DNA of 64,000 nt. It comes from a virus. Positions 37,210-46,808 of this stretch are shown here, piece by piece (within the stretch, counting starts at the first letter, position 1; every line of letters starts with the position of its first letter). The notes under the pieces are model-generated. The model saw only the letters and a list, made by a program, of their open reading frames with translations. It was not told the DNA's origin and searched no databases. Where the stretch lies: the IMG/VR virus record IMGVR_UViG_3300026488_000012, positions 96,001 through 160,000 of that record. The stretch is one strand, 5' to 3'. The position numbers and the translations under genes are program-made.

Positions 37210-38694
37210 AAATTCTAATTCCATACTATCTAAATCTTCATCTCTCATACATGGTTTATGATCCTCGCTTTCTCCCGGTATAGGTGCTTTATTAGGATAT
37301 ATGAATTCCAACATAAAGAATTTCTTTTCATCTGGTATAGTAGTAGGTATCCTATGCTTACCTCTCTGAACTGTTAATACTGGTTTCTTGTCCTTCTTAG
37401 CTATATGTATATATAACTCTAAATCTATTTCTTGGTCTAGTCTTTTACTACCATCGTAAAAACCTTTATTAGCTATGAATTTAACAAACTCTAATGGAGG
37501 TAGACCATTACTTAATAATCTCTTAGCGTCTGTAGAAATCTGATGTGGTGTTACGAATAAAATCTTTTCTCTATTAGCATAGTTCCTAAACATTTTAAAT
37601 AGATTTTTTAAATCACTACCGGTTGGTCCTCCTTGTGCTAAACCATCTTTTTGTATTTGACTTAAATAATCTACAAATACAACCTGTACGTCATATCCAG
37701 ATAATTTATAACTTTCTATTTTGTCTTTTAATTTTCTAGGTGTTATGTAGTTAGGGTCCATTCTTAATATTTTAACACTGAATCCATTTTTAGTTAGTTC
37801 TTTCTTAATATAATCCTTCATCTCTTCTTCTGATACATTATTAATATCTACTACCTCACTCTCGTTAGTTATTTTAAGATATCTATATATAAATTCAAAT
37901 ACATTCTCATTTTCGTCTTCTAGACTAAATAGAATAGCTAATGGTTTCTTATTTTCAAATCTTATAGCGGGTTTATTTAAAGTTACTATCTGCGTAAATA
38001 AACTAAATGTAAAACCTGACTTATAGTTATGTTGCAGACCCGCTATAGTTACAAATTCACCTTTTCTTAACCCTCCTTGAGTTGTTTCATTAAGACAACT
38101 CCACCCTGTTTTAAATACATGTTCGTCTTTTCTTCTATCTTTAATCCTCTTTATGACGTTAAGTATTATGTCATCATCGCTTTCTAAATCTATTTCTTCA
38201 ACCATAGCGTCATCTGTTCTTCTGTTTAATGTTATCAACTTTAGAAACCTATCTATCATCTCTTGTAAATTCCTATCAATTTCATCTATGGTTGATTCCG
38301 TCTTTATCTTGTATAGATTAACCTGTAGTATTTTAATAATCTCACTTCTCTTTATAAAATCATCTATTGTTCTTTTAAGGTACTTAAGAGAACTTTGTAA
38401 CTCTTTTCCATCTTCTATTTTTCTTATATTCTCTATACTTTTTAGTATATCCTGTCTATTGGATAAAATAAGTTTTATATTTTCATAGACAGCGTTGTTT
38501 TCCTCTATGTCATCTACTATTATTTTATCGAGTATGTTCATTAATTTACCGTATATGTCGCTATCACCGGAATATGTTTTAATATTGCTTTCTTCTAATA
38601 TCTCAAGTATCTTCTTTGCTCTCTCTATATTTTTATCGTTTTTTTCTTTTAATAGCAAAACAATAGTATTAACTAAGATGGTTAATCTATCCAT
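37207..38694 (-). CDS. dnaB: DnaB-like replicative helicase, phiKZ gp118-like
   Basis: LNETTQGGLRKGEFVTIAGLQHNYKS (phiKZ-type Walker A), VFVDYL, FVTPHQIS, QEIDLELYIH, RGKHR. Confidence 0.9.
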   Translation of the reverse strand: MDRLTILVNTIVLLLKEKNDKNIERAKKILEILEESNIKTYSGDSDIYGKLMNILDKIIVDDIEENNAVYENIKLILSNRQDILKSIENIRKIEDGKELQSSLKYLKRTIDDFIKRSEIIKILQVNLYKIKTESTIDEIDRNLQEMIDRFLKLITLNRRTDDAMVEEIDLESDDDIILNVIKRIKDRRKDEHVFKTGWSCLNETTQGGLRKGEFVTIAGLQHNYKSGFTFSLFTQIVTLNKPAIRFENKKPLAILFSLEDENENVFEFIYRYLKITNESEVVDINNVSEEEMKDYIKKELTKNGFSVKILRMDPNYITPRKLKDKIESYKLSGYDVQVVFVDYLSQIQKDGLAQGGPTGSDLKNLFKMFRNYANREKILFVTPHQISTDAKRLLSNGLPPLEFVKFIANKGFYDGSKRLDQEIDLELYIHIAKKDKKPVLTVQRGKHRIPTTIPDEKKFFMLEFIYPNKAPIPGESEDHKPCMRDEDLDSMELEF

Positions 38695-38805
38695 TAACTA
38701 CTCCCTTTATTTAATAACTTTCAGTTCACAGAATTAACTCTAAATACAATTAATGTTAAAGATATTGGAGAGTTTAAAATGAAACCAGCTTAAGGAGATA
38801 TAAAA

Positions 38806-39693
38806 ATGCTTAGGAATTTGATATTCGTTCACGATTTTGAGTATGTGGAAAAGATAACTAAAATGTTACAGGATAAAAATTTTTCTGGAGTATATTTAAT
38901 ACCTATCGAAGATGTTAGGAGATTGCTTTTATTAAATATAGCTAATCCTGTTTTTCACTATGAGTTCGTAAATGACAATATGAACAGGTTTGATAAATTT
39001 GGTAAGAAGGGTATTGATTATACAATGCTTGACTATACAATAATGAGAAATATGAAAAACTTATTAATTAGTTTTCTGGAAAGAGTAACCACTAAAGGAA
39101 TAAAGCATTACTTAGATACACTATATGATAATATATTAAATGGAAAATATAAGAAGGTAAAGACCGAGTTTATTACTACAGAAGATGAGGATAGAATTAT
39201 TACTAAACTAAACGAATACGGTATACCAAGACTAATAGACAAATACATGAATGAGGCTGCTGATATAACTGATTATCGTAGTCTAATGGTATTAATATGG
39301 AGTATCATAGACATTATTAAAAATTACATCTATGATATCAAAAACAACGAGATAGTGGGATTAACTAACAATATATTATCCGTTAATATTAAGAATAACG
39401 TAGAAACAGCCTTCGTAATAGTCAATTATCCATACCTGTATAGGCTAGCAGGTATGATAACAGAACTGATACATAATAGATTTAATATAAAAGAAGAGGT
39501 TAGTAGATATACACCGGTTTACGTAACTTATTTATTGTTAGATCTAGTGTTAAGAAAAAACAAAAATGTAAGAGAGTTCATAGAGAGTAAATCAAACTTT
39601 AATGACGTCGTTAATACCAGTGGTTATATGATGTCTGATTATTTTTTAAATTGCCCTATTATTACAACTGAATTCTCAAAAATTATTAGATAG
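38806..39693 (+). CDS. phiKZ gp119-like hypothetical protein
   Basis: Located between dnaB and the major capsid gene as in phiKZ; SD aaggag. Confidence 0.45.
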   Translation: MLRNLIFVHDFEYVEKITKMLQDKNFSGVYLIPIEDVRRLLLLNIANPVFHYEFVNDNMNRFDKFGKKGIDYTMLDYTIMRNMKNLLISFLERVTTKGIKHYLDTLYDNILNGKYKKVKTEFITTEDEDRIITKLNEYGIPRLIDKYMNEAADITDYRSLMVLIWSIIDIIKNYIYDIKNNEIVGLTNNILSVNIKNNVETAFVIVNYPYLYRLAGMITELIHNRFNIKEEVSRYTPVYVTYLLLDLVLRKNKNVREFIESKSNFNDVVNTSGYMMSDYFLNCPIITTEFSKIIR

Positions 39694-39738
39694 TATCCTC
39701 GAGATATATTGATTATCAATCTTATACAAGGAGAAAAC

Positions 39739-41865
39739 ATGTTAGATAGATTAATACAAAACTTAGCAGAGAGAGTAGAAGACGCAAAGTCTCTTAACCC
39801 AAATCTGTTCATGGATAAACAAATTACTCAAGAAGTTGTAAGTGCTGGTTTAGAAGATGCTATGGATGAGAACATAATGGTTGCTGAACTTGTTTCGCTA
39901 GTTAAGACAAACTTGCTAAATGATATAGCTGATGGTATCGAAGATTTAACACCTGTTCAAAGAGATTCAGCAGCTATGATTTTACCATTTGTTAATGATC
40001 CTAAGACTGCTATTAGTAAATTGTTTAGTGCGCCTAAACAAGATTTCGATGGTGACGATATAGATGCAGTTGTTGATAGTTATAAATATGCAGCTGAAGA
40101 TACAGTTAACGTAGGTATCGAGTATTTCGATATGCAAAATGTTACTACATCAGTAGTGTTTAACGTTGTATATAACACGTTCGCACCTAAGCAAGATGAG
40201 TTCGCTGAATTATTCTTCCCGATGGTAGCTGTAGACCCTATGACAGCTGGTGCTAAAATTAAAGCTAGAATCATTAACCTATGGAAAGAATATAAACTTA
40301 ATGGCGACCCGACACCAGCAGAGGATAAAATCCAAGAATTCCCACTAATTAAAGCTATCTATAATACTGACTTATTAACAGCTGACAGAATTAAACTTAT
40401 ACCAGTTGTAAGAGATAGTTATTCTAGTTATCTATTTACAGATGTTAAATGGAACGAAAACTATATGGATGAAACTGTAACTACAGCTCCTATTAAATTT
40501 GGTAGAAAACTTAACATTATTAGTATTTCTCAAAATGACAAAATGCTTGCTGAAGGTGGTGCTGACTTTACAGATGGTATCGAGTCTTCTATTAAAGTAC
40601 GTGAAGTATATTTCAAACTTAGTGGTAAAGATAAAGATGGAAACGACGTAACAGAAGTATTTAGATTTAGTCTTAAAAATAGAAACGCATTCCTAAATGA
40701 AACTATCCAAGGTAACAATAAACAAATGGTGTTAAACTTCGATGAAGATAAATTCATTATGCTAACACCGGATACTAAAGCTATTGATGAGAATGGTAAT
40801 GAAGTAGATTCAAAAATTATGGAAGCTTTACCTAGCAACCTAAAAATCAATCTTGACCTAGCAATTAACGTAACTGCTAACGTAGCACTAGGTGACGTAG
40901 CTGCATATTTCAATGGTTTAACTATTAAAGATATTACTACAAAAGAAGGTGTTCCTGTAACTCCTGAGAGTGATGAATATCAAAAAGTTAAAAAAGTAAT
41001 CGATACAGTACAAGCAGGAGGTATCGTACTTGATGTATACGCAACTCTTGCAAATGCTAAAAGAACAGGAACAAGAGTTCTTACAAGAAAAGTTGCTGTA
41101 GCTGTAACAGTTCCATATAGAACTGGATTTACACAAACATTACCTATCGTTCAAACTGGTAATGACGGAGACCCTGTAGACCTTATTTCACAAATTATGG
41201 GTACAAGAATGAAACTTAACGCATATGCAGTTAAGACAATTACAGAATTCATCAACGATATGAGAGCTAACCCATACCAAAGAATCCAAGGTATTTCACA
41301 TTACTATGTAGACAACTTCTTCTTTGAAGATACTATTAACCTACAAGAAATTGCAGACAGTATTAGAAGTTCAGAAAAAGCTGAAGATGTTAGATCAGCA
41401 TTAATTAACAAAATTAAACTTATCGTATCAAATATGGTGGTACAATCTAACTATCTAGCAGCTAGACAAACTCTTGGATATACTGGTCCTGTTGATGTGC
41501 TAATTGGTACACATGCTTATATTAAAAACAATATCTTTGGTGATGTTACAAGTGAACAAGTAGGTGGATTCAGATTTAACTATGGTGCAACTATCTTTGA
41601 AGAAGTTAAAGATAAAATCATCATTTCACTTGGTGTAAGAAATAATAATGGTAGAGATATTGACCCACTTAACTTTGGTGTATGTCTATGGACTCCTGAA
41701 CTTGTTATTAATACTAGAAAAACAGTAGCTAAAGGTGTTGTACAAGAAGTAAATACTTATCCAAGATTCTTACATTACATTAATCTTCCTATTATCGCAG
41801 TATTGAACATCGAAGGTGTTGATGCTATCGCTAGCAAAAACATTTTCCATACACAAACTGTTTAA
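39739..41865 (+). CDS. Major capsid protein, phiKZ gp120-like
   Basis: ATG 39739 after SD aaggag. Propeptide with AGLED/VGIEY cleavage-type motifs; KQDEFAELFFPMVAVDP, LNFGVCLWTPEL and PRFLHYINLPII resemble phiKZ-type MCP; synteny dnaB-gp119-MCP. Confidence 0.88.
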   Translation: MLDRLIQNLAERVEDAKSLNPNLFMDKQITQEVVSAGLEDAMDENIMVAELVSLVKTNLLNDIADGIEDLTPVQRDSAAMILPFVNDPKTAISKLFSAPKQDFDGDDIDAVVDSYKYAAEDTVNVGIEYFDMQNVTTSVVFNVVYNTFAPKQDEFAELFFPMVAVDPMTAGAKIKARIINLWKEYKLNGDPTPAEDKIQEFPLIKAIYNTDLLTADRIKLIPVVRDSYSSYLFTDVKWNENYMDETVTTAPIKFGRKLNIISISQNDKMLAEGGADFTDGIESSIKVREVYFKLSGKDKDGNDVTEVFRFSLKNRNAFLNETIQGNNKQMVLNFDEDKFIMLTPDTKAIDENGNEVDSKIMEALPSNLKINLDLAINVTANVALGDVAAYFNGLTIKDITTKEGVPVTPESDEYQKVKKVIDTVQAGGIVLDVYATLANAKRTGTRVLTRKVAVAVTVPYRTGFTQTLPIVQTGNDGDPVDLISQIMGTRMKLNAYAVKTITEFINDMRANPYQRIQGISHYYVDNFFFEDTINLQEIADSIRSSEKAEDVRSALINKIKLIVSNMVVQSNYLAARQTLGYTGPVDVLIGTHAYIKNNIFGDVTSEQVGGFRFNYGATIFEEVKDKIIISLGVRNNNGRDIDPLNFGVCLWTPELVINTRKTVAKGVVQEVNTYPRFLHYINLPIIAVLNIEGVDAIASKNIFHTQTV

Positions 41866-41879
41866 TACGTAACTAACAA

Positions 41880-41909
41880 ATAACTTAGTGGGATATCCCA
41901 CTAAGTTAT
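41880..41909 (+). terminator. Intrinsic terminator, perfect 30-bp palindrome with GGGATATCCC core
   Basis: ataacttagtgggat|atcccactaagttat followed by a T-run. Confidence 0.8.
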
Positions 41910-41949
41910 CTTTTTTTATTTGATTACAATTTTAATAAAAGGAGTATTT

Positions 41950-42660
41950 ATGGCTAAAGTTAGATTAAATAAAAAAGAAAATAATACACAGACAAAGAGA
42001 CAAGATAAAACGAATAAAGAAGAAAACAAAACTCCCGTTACAGAAGAACAAAAAGCTATGACTAACGATAACGAACAGGTGACGATAGTTAAAGACGAAA
42101 ATACAAATAAGGTAGAAGACAATAAAGAAGTTAAACAAGAAGAGACTGAAACTACACCAGTTAAACCTATAAAGTATAGGACTATTAAGTCTAATATGAT
42201 AGCAAAAGTATTTAAAGATATAACTTTAGAAGAAGCGATTGAGGAAGGTAAAAAATATCCTAACTTGAAAGATATCGCGGAAACTTTCGATAGATATATT
42301 AAAAACTTCAATATGAAAGATGGAGTGTTAACAGCAAGACTCAATTATGGTATTTATTCAGTTATGAAGACTACTATAGAAAAAGATTATAACGAATTTT
42401 TACCTAGATTTAGATTTATTAATATGTTAATCTGTAAAGGTAAAACTGATAAACTTAATTCTGTAAGACTACTTTCACACGACTTTAACTGGAAATGGGG
42501 AGGTACTGAGTTTAGAAGGTTTTCTTATCTTGTAACAGCATTAACTGCTAAATGCGAATACGGTAATAAAAGATTAGAAAACGTTATCTCTATTTCTAAG
42601 TTAGTTAAAAAATTTACAGGAAGAACAGCAGAGAATTTACAGAAATATTTTACAGCGTAA
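41950..42660 (+). CDS. Hypothetical protein with low-complexity K/E/N/T-rich N-terminus
   Basis: ATG 41950 after SD aaaggag; follows the MCP gene. Confidence 0.6.
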   Translation: MAKVRLNKKENNTQTKRQDKTNKEENKTPVTEEQKAMTNDNEQVTIVKDENTNKVEDNKEVKQEETETTPVKPIKYRTIKSNMIAKVFKDITLEEAIEEGKKYPNLKDIAETFDRYIKNFNMKDGVLTARLNYGIYSVMKTTIEKDYNEFLPRFRFINMLICKGKTDKLNSVRLLSHDFNWKWGGTEFRRFSYLVTALTAKCEYGNKRLENVISISKLVKKFTGRTAENLQKYFTA

Positions 42661-42679
42661 GGGATATCCCTTACGCTGT
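42652..42679 (+). terminator. Intrinsic terminator, perfect 28-bp palindrome with GGGATATCCC core
   Basis: acagcgtaagggat|atcccttacgctgt containing the TAA stop. Confidence 0.8.
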
Positions 42680-42745
42680 GTATTTTTATTTATTTATATC
42701 GTTATCTTATTAAAAAGTAAAACAACAAAAAACAAAGGAGCTAAC

Positions 42746-43795
42746 ATGTTAGATTTTAATAAAGTATTTGATATCGTAAAGTACGAGTATACAGAAGAAA
42801 AAGAGTATGGAGATTATATCTACAGTACAGGGGACGAATCTATCTCTATAAACGAAGATGTGATTGCGCCATCTATAAGAATTAATTTCTATAAAAACTT
42901 TAAGGAAGACGTTGGTGTTTATGACGGGGTTATATTAATACCTGTTACGTATAGAGAAAAACCTATATCCAGTAGATTTAGGGAGGAAGGGTTGTATATG
43001 GTAAAAACCATTACATATAAGAAAATGTCTAGAGTAGAGGTTGAAAGATTGATTAAGTATTACGAAGAGTTAAGGGATAACGATAGTAGAAAAATAGCGG
43101 AAATAATAGCTAAGCAGGTAGATAACTACTTTAATTATAAAGTAACCATAAGAGAGATAGACTTCATAAGCAAGGATGACTTAATGCATTTTGGTGTATT
43201 GAATTTTAGTAACTATATTATAAGATACGGGTCTATGTACGATGATAATGACGATGTTATTACAGGTGATATGAAGTTCGTATCCGTAACTAATGATAAT
43301 ATAAGTAAAGAAAGAGTATATACCTTAAATATAGAAGGTAATCAGATAGATATACCTCAGTTCTTTAGAGATGAGTTAAAAAAGGATGTAGAAGAAGGGG
43401 TGTATTTAGCTACTAATAAGAAGTTGATAAAACTACCATATGCTAATATCCTATCTTATAAGGCTATTAACGAAGCGTGGAAAGCAGTTAAAAAAGAGTT
43501 AGAAGATTCAGGTAGAAGAATAATAGAGGATATGATAGATGTAAGAAAAACAATCATTAACATGGTGTTTCAGAAGCATAAAATCGTTTACGATATAATA
43601 AAACAGAGAGAGGAACTTAAAGCTATGTATACTTTAAACGAACAGAAAAAAGAACTGGAGGAGATTAAACTTAATAGTACTGTATCTAAAGCTAATTTGG
43701 AATTAGAAGTAGCTGCGAGAAAAGCGGAGTTAACTGAATACCAGAGTATGAGTAGTTTTGTTACGTCGCTATTTAAGATGTTGGGTATACTTTAG
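42746..43795 (+). CDS. phiKZ gp122-like hypothetical protein
   Basis: 349 aa with C-terminal coiled coil; directly upstream of the gp123-like RNAP gene; early-type leader. Confidence 0.45.
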   Translation: MLDFNKVFDIVKYEYTEEKEYGDYIYSTGDESISINEDVIAPSIRINFYKNFKEDVGVYDGVILIPVTYREKPISSRFREEGLYMVKTITYKKMSRVEVERLIKYYEELRDNDSRKIAEIIAKQVDNYFNYKVTIREIDFISKDDLMHFGVLNFSNYIIRYGSMYDDNDDVITGDMKFVSVTNDNISKERVYTLNIEGNQIDIPQFFRDELKKDVEEGVYLATNKKLIKLPYANILSYKAINEAWKAVKKELEDSGRRIIEDMIDVRKTIINMVFQKHKIVYDIIKQREELKAMYTLNEQKKELEEIKLNSTVSKANLELEVAARKAELTEYQSMSSFVTSLFKMLGIL

Positions 43796-43860
43796 AAAAA
43801 AATTAAAGTATGTTTATCTATGAGTACATATGATGTCTAAAATTAAATTAGGAGGTAAAT

Positions 43861-45540
43861 ATGAACAAAGTACTAAAATCTGTTCTTAATGACAAAAATA
43901 AGAAACATATGAACAGAGTGGTAATGGAGGGTATACCTAAACACTCCATATTAAAAGCACCTGAGTTTGTAGATGCATTAATACGTGATAACATAAAAGA
44001 GTTAGATCCATCTATTAAACTCGTTTATAAAGGATTTAGGTACTTAGATCCTAGAGAAGAGTATGAGACTGATAAAATAGGTACGAGTTATGATTTAGCT
44101 ATGAACTATCTGTATAAGATAGAATTACAATTTGAGTTAGATGGTGAACCATTTAACCGTATATTAGCGTTACCATTTGTAGAAGAGAATGGTAGTGTAA
44201 TTAAATTATCAGATACACAATATGTTATGTTACCAGTTCTCACTGAGTATGCTATCAATCCTACCGGTGGTAAAGTATTTATTAGATTGTTAAAAGACAA
44301 ATTAAACTTTATGAGACAGGATAGACCGTTCATAGTTAATGGTATCCTAACAAGCTTGCCATATATATATGCTCACACATATAAATTAAAGAGTAATGGT
44401 ATATTCGATAAGGTACCGTTAGGTTTATATTTATTCTATAAAGATGGTTTATTCGAGACCTTTAAAAAGAGAGCAGGTGTAGATGTAATAATTACTGACA
44501 AAGATGAAGAAGTTGAAAAATTTAGAGAGACTCACGATGTATACGAAGTAACAGGTAAGAAACCTAAGATGGTTAAAATATCTAACTATAGACCTCCTAA
44601 GTTTAAAGTTCTGTTACCTAAAGAACATAGTAAGAACTTATTCGCTAAATCATTAATAGCTAACCTGTTATTCGCTTTTGAATTATATTCAGATTTTGTT
44701 AATTTGTATTATAAGGTTCATTATGACTCTTTAGAACAAGAGAGAGGATTTTGGAAATTATTACTGGCTAAAATTATTTTCAAAGATGCATACGAAATCG
44801 ATAAACTTCTAAGTAACATTCAAACACACTTAGACTTGTTAAAGACGTATTTAGACGTGACGGTTAAGAGTAGGTTGGAAGAATTAGGGATTTATCTAAA
44901 CGATTTCTACGACCTTATAGCTTATGTCATGGAGAATTACCATAAGCTTGTCATTAACTCAGAAAAAAGATCTGGAGATATAGAGAACAGATATATAGAA
45001 GTTCTCTATTACGTGCTATTCGATATTATAGCGGGTATTAATAAGACGTTCTTTAAGATAAACGAAAACTTCAGAAACAAACAAGCTACTATTAAGAACA
45101 TAAACAGTATATTTAATCAGGAGTTATCCCCTAAGAAGATTTATTCGATTATTAAAAATGGGGGAACTAACTTAGCAATTATGGGGATAGACTACACCGG
45201 AGATAACTTATATCCTAAGATATCTTCTATATTAGAAGATCAAAATAGAGGTAGAGGTGTTAAGAGAGATAAGGATAACGCTTTTCCTCCATACATAAGG
45301 AATATAAGAGCTGAGGATATAGTTTTCGGTTCTATCTTATATCTACCTAAAAAATCTCCTACTCCGAGATTAAGAATTAATCCTTATATAGAGATTAATC
45401 CTAATAACGGTAAGTTTATAATTGATGAGTATAAAAACTTTATTGATATTGTTAACAGTATGTTAGAAGGTAAATTAGAGGATGATGAACTACTCGATAG
45501 GATTATTGTAGATGAAGACGATAAAGTAGAAGGAGCCTAA
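43861..45540 (+). CDS. rpoB: Non-virion RNA polymerase beta subunit, N-terminal part (phiKZ gp123-like)
   Basis: GFRYLDPREEY, LALPFVEENG...LSDTQYVMLPVLTE, IFIRLLKDKLNF, and GSILYLPKKSPTPRLRINPY; two genes after MCP as in phiKZ. Confidence 0.8.
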   Translation: MNKVLKSVLNDKNKKHMNRVVMEGIPKHSILKAPEFVDALIRDNIKELDPSIKLVYKGFRYLDPREEYETDKIGTSYDLAMNYLYKIELQFELDGEPFNRILALPFVEENGSVIKLSDTQYVMLPVLTEYAINPTGGKVFIRLLKDKLNFMRQDRPFIVNGILTSLPYIYAHTYKLKSNGIFDKVPLGLYLFYKDGLFETFKKRAGVDVIITDKDEEVEKFRETHDVYEVTGKKPKMVKISNYRPPKFKVLLPKEHSKNLFAKSLIANLLFAFELYSDFVNLYYKVHYDSLEQERGFWKLLLAKIIFKDAYEIDKLLSNIQTHLDLLKTYLDVTVKSRLEELGIYLNDFYDLIAYVMENYHKLVINSEKRSGDIENRYIEVLYYVLFDIIAGINKTFFKINENFRNKQATIKNINSIFNQELSPKKIYSIIKNGGTNLAIMGIDYTGDNLYPKISSILEDQNRGRGVKRDKDNAFPPYIRNIRAEDIVFGSILYLPKKSPTPRLRINPYIEINPNNGKFIIDEYKNFIDIVNSMLEGKLEDDELLDRIIVDEDDKVEGA

Positions 45541-45571
45541 TGCTCCTTTAAATTAAAATAAGGAGGCAAGT

Positions 45572-46081
45572 ATGGAAAATTATAAAATTATAGAAGATTA
45601 CATAAAAAAGATAGAAGAACTATCCGAACGTGATATGATACCAGAGGATAAAATAAATGGAATAATTAATTCTATATGCTCTCTTATCCTAGAGTTATAC
45701 AAAAAATCCTATATAAAACCCGATAAGGAATATTTACTTAGTAAAGGATCCTTACGCGATCCGGGTTTCGGTAAAGAAAGGGTTGACATTTTTATAGCTG
45801 TTAAAGATGGTGAAATAAAACTTATAAAGAAAAATATGTTTGGAATGGACGAATATAATTTAATAGAAAACTTCGCAAACGAGTTTAATTTTTGCAAGGA
45901 GTTTAAAGATTATTTACTAAATTTTGTTAATAGCGAAGTTGACGATGTTCGCGATATGGAGCTTCTACTAGATGTTCTGAGATTTATAAAAGATGTACTA
46001 AAAAATGGGTATATTAGAAGAGAGAAAAAAGTAAACAGCATTATAAATGTTGTTTTAGAGACATTAAAAGAAAATGATTGA
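45572..46081 (+). CDS. Hypothetical protein
   Basis: 169 aa, SD aaggagg. Confidence 0.7.
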   Translation: MENYKIIEDYIKKIEELSERDMIPEDKINGIINSICSLILELYKKSYIKPDKEYLLSKGSLRDPGFGKERVDIFIAVKDGEIKLIKKNMFGMDEYNLIENFANEFNFCKEFKDYLLNFVNSEVDDVRDMELLLDVLRFIKDVLKNGYIRREKKVNSIINVVLETLKEND

Positions 46082-46092
46082 AGGAGGTAGTA

Positions 46093-46551
46093 ATGAAAAG
46101 ATTAGTATTAACTTGCAATGGTAGAGGTGTGGTAGAGGCTATTTATGATAAAGACGATAAAATAGATAACTATATAAAAGAAGAACTAGATGGTAGTTCA
46201 GATAAATTGTTTACAGAAGTAAACTTAGAAGACTCAGGTGCTAACATAGTCAATGGTTATTTAAGGATACCTATTAAAGATGTAGATGGTAATTTTAATC
46301 CTGAAGAAAAACGTATGATGGTAGAAGTGGTAGAGTGTGAAGAGAGTCTTACTGTAAAAATTACTAATAACACTACTAGAAAAGATATGGACAAGTTATT
46401 TAAGGAGGAATGGGAAAAAGTAAAAGACTTAAACCTAGGATGTAAAAAGGTAGAAACAGATAATTCTAAGTCTATAATCTGTGATAGTTATAGATATAAG
46501 GTATCATTAGTGGATGACGATAGTATTTCCACTATAATTACAGTTGATTAG
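46093..46551 (+). CDS. Hypothetical protein
   Basis: ATG 46093 after SD aaggagg. Confidence 0.65.
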   Translation: MKRLVLTCNGRGVVEAIYDKDDKIDNYIKEELDGSSDKLFTEVNLEDSGANIVNGYLRIPIKDVDGNFNPEEKRMMVEVVECEESLTVKITNNTTRKDMDKLFKEEWEKVKDLNLGCKKVETDNSKSIICDSYRYKVSLVDDDSISTIITVD

Positions 46552-46580
46552 TAATAGAATATCGAGTTTAATAAACAGTT

Positions 46581-46612
46581 AAAAATAACCGGGAGTTATC
46601 TCGGTTATTTTT
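46581..46612 (+). terminator. Terminator hairpin
   Basis: aaaaataaccggga-gtta-tctcggttattttt followed by a T-run. Confidence 0.7.
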
Positions 46613-46631
46613 TTTTATTTTTTTATAATTA

Positions 46632-46639
46632 TATATTAC
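46632..46639 (+). promoter_or_regulatory. Early promoter core TATATTAC
   Basis: Exact match to the phiKZ early promoter core, preceded by a T-rich tract, about 20 nt before the structured leader. Confidence 0.65.
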
Positions 46640-46660
46640 TAAGATACGTGATTAAAAAAA

Positions 46661-46794
46661 AACCCGTAAGTCCTTTTTGAAAGAGTACTGCTCTCCTGGA
46701 GAAGGAGGAGACTACGACTTATCCCGTTGTTCTGTGGGAAGTCAGAAAGTCTCCTCGACGAAGGAGAGATGTGGAAAATCAAGAAGGCAGGGGT
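46661..46794 (+). ncRNA. Unassigned structured RNA leader, copy 2
   Basis: Same four-helix fold as 28326-28446 with different but complementary stem sequences. Confidence 0.8.
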
Positions 46795-46808
46795 AAAAGG
46801 AGCCAAAA

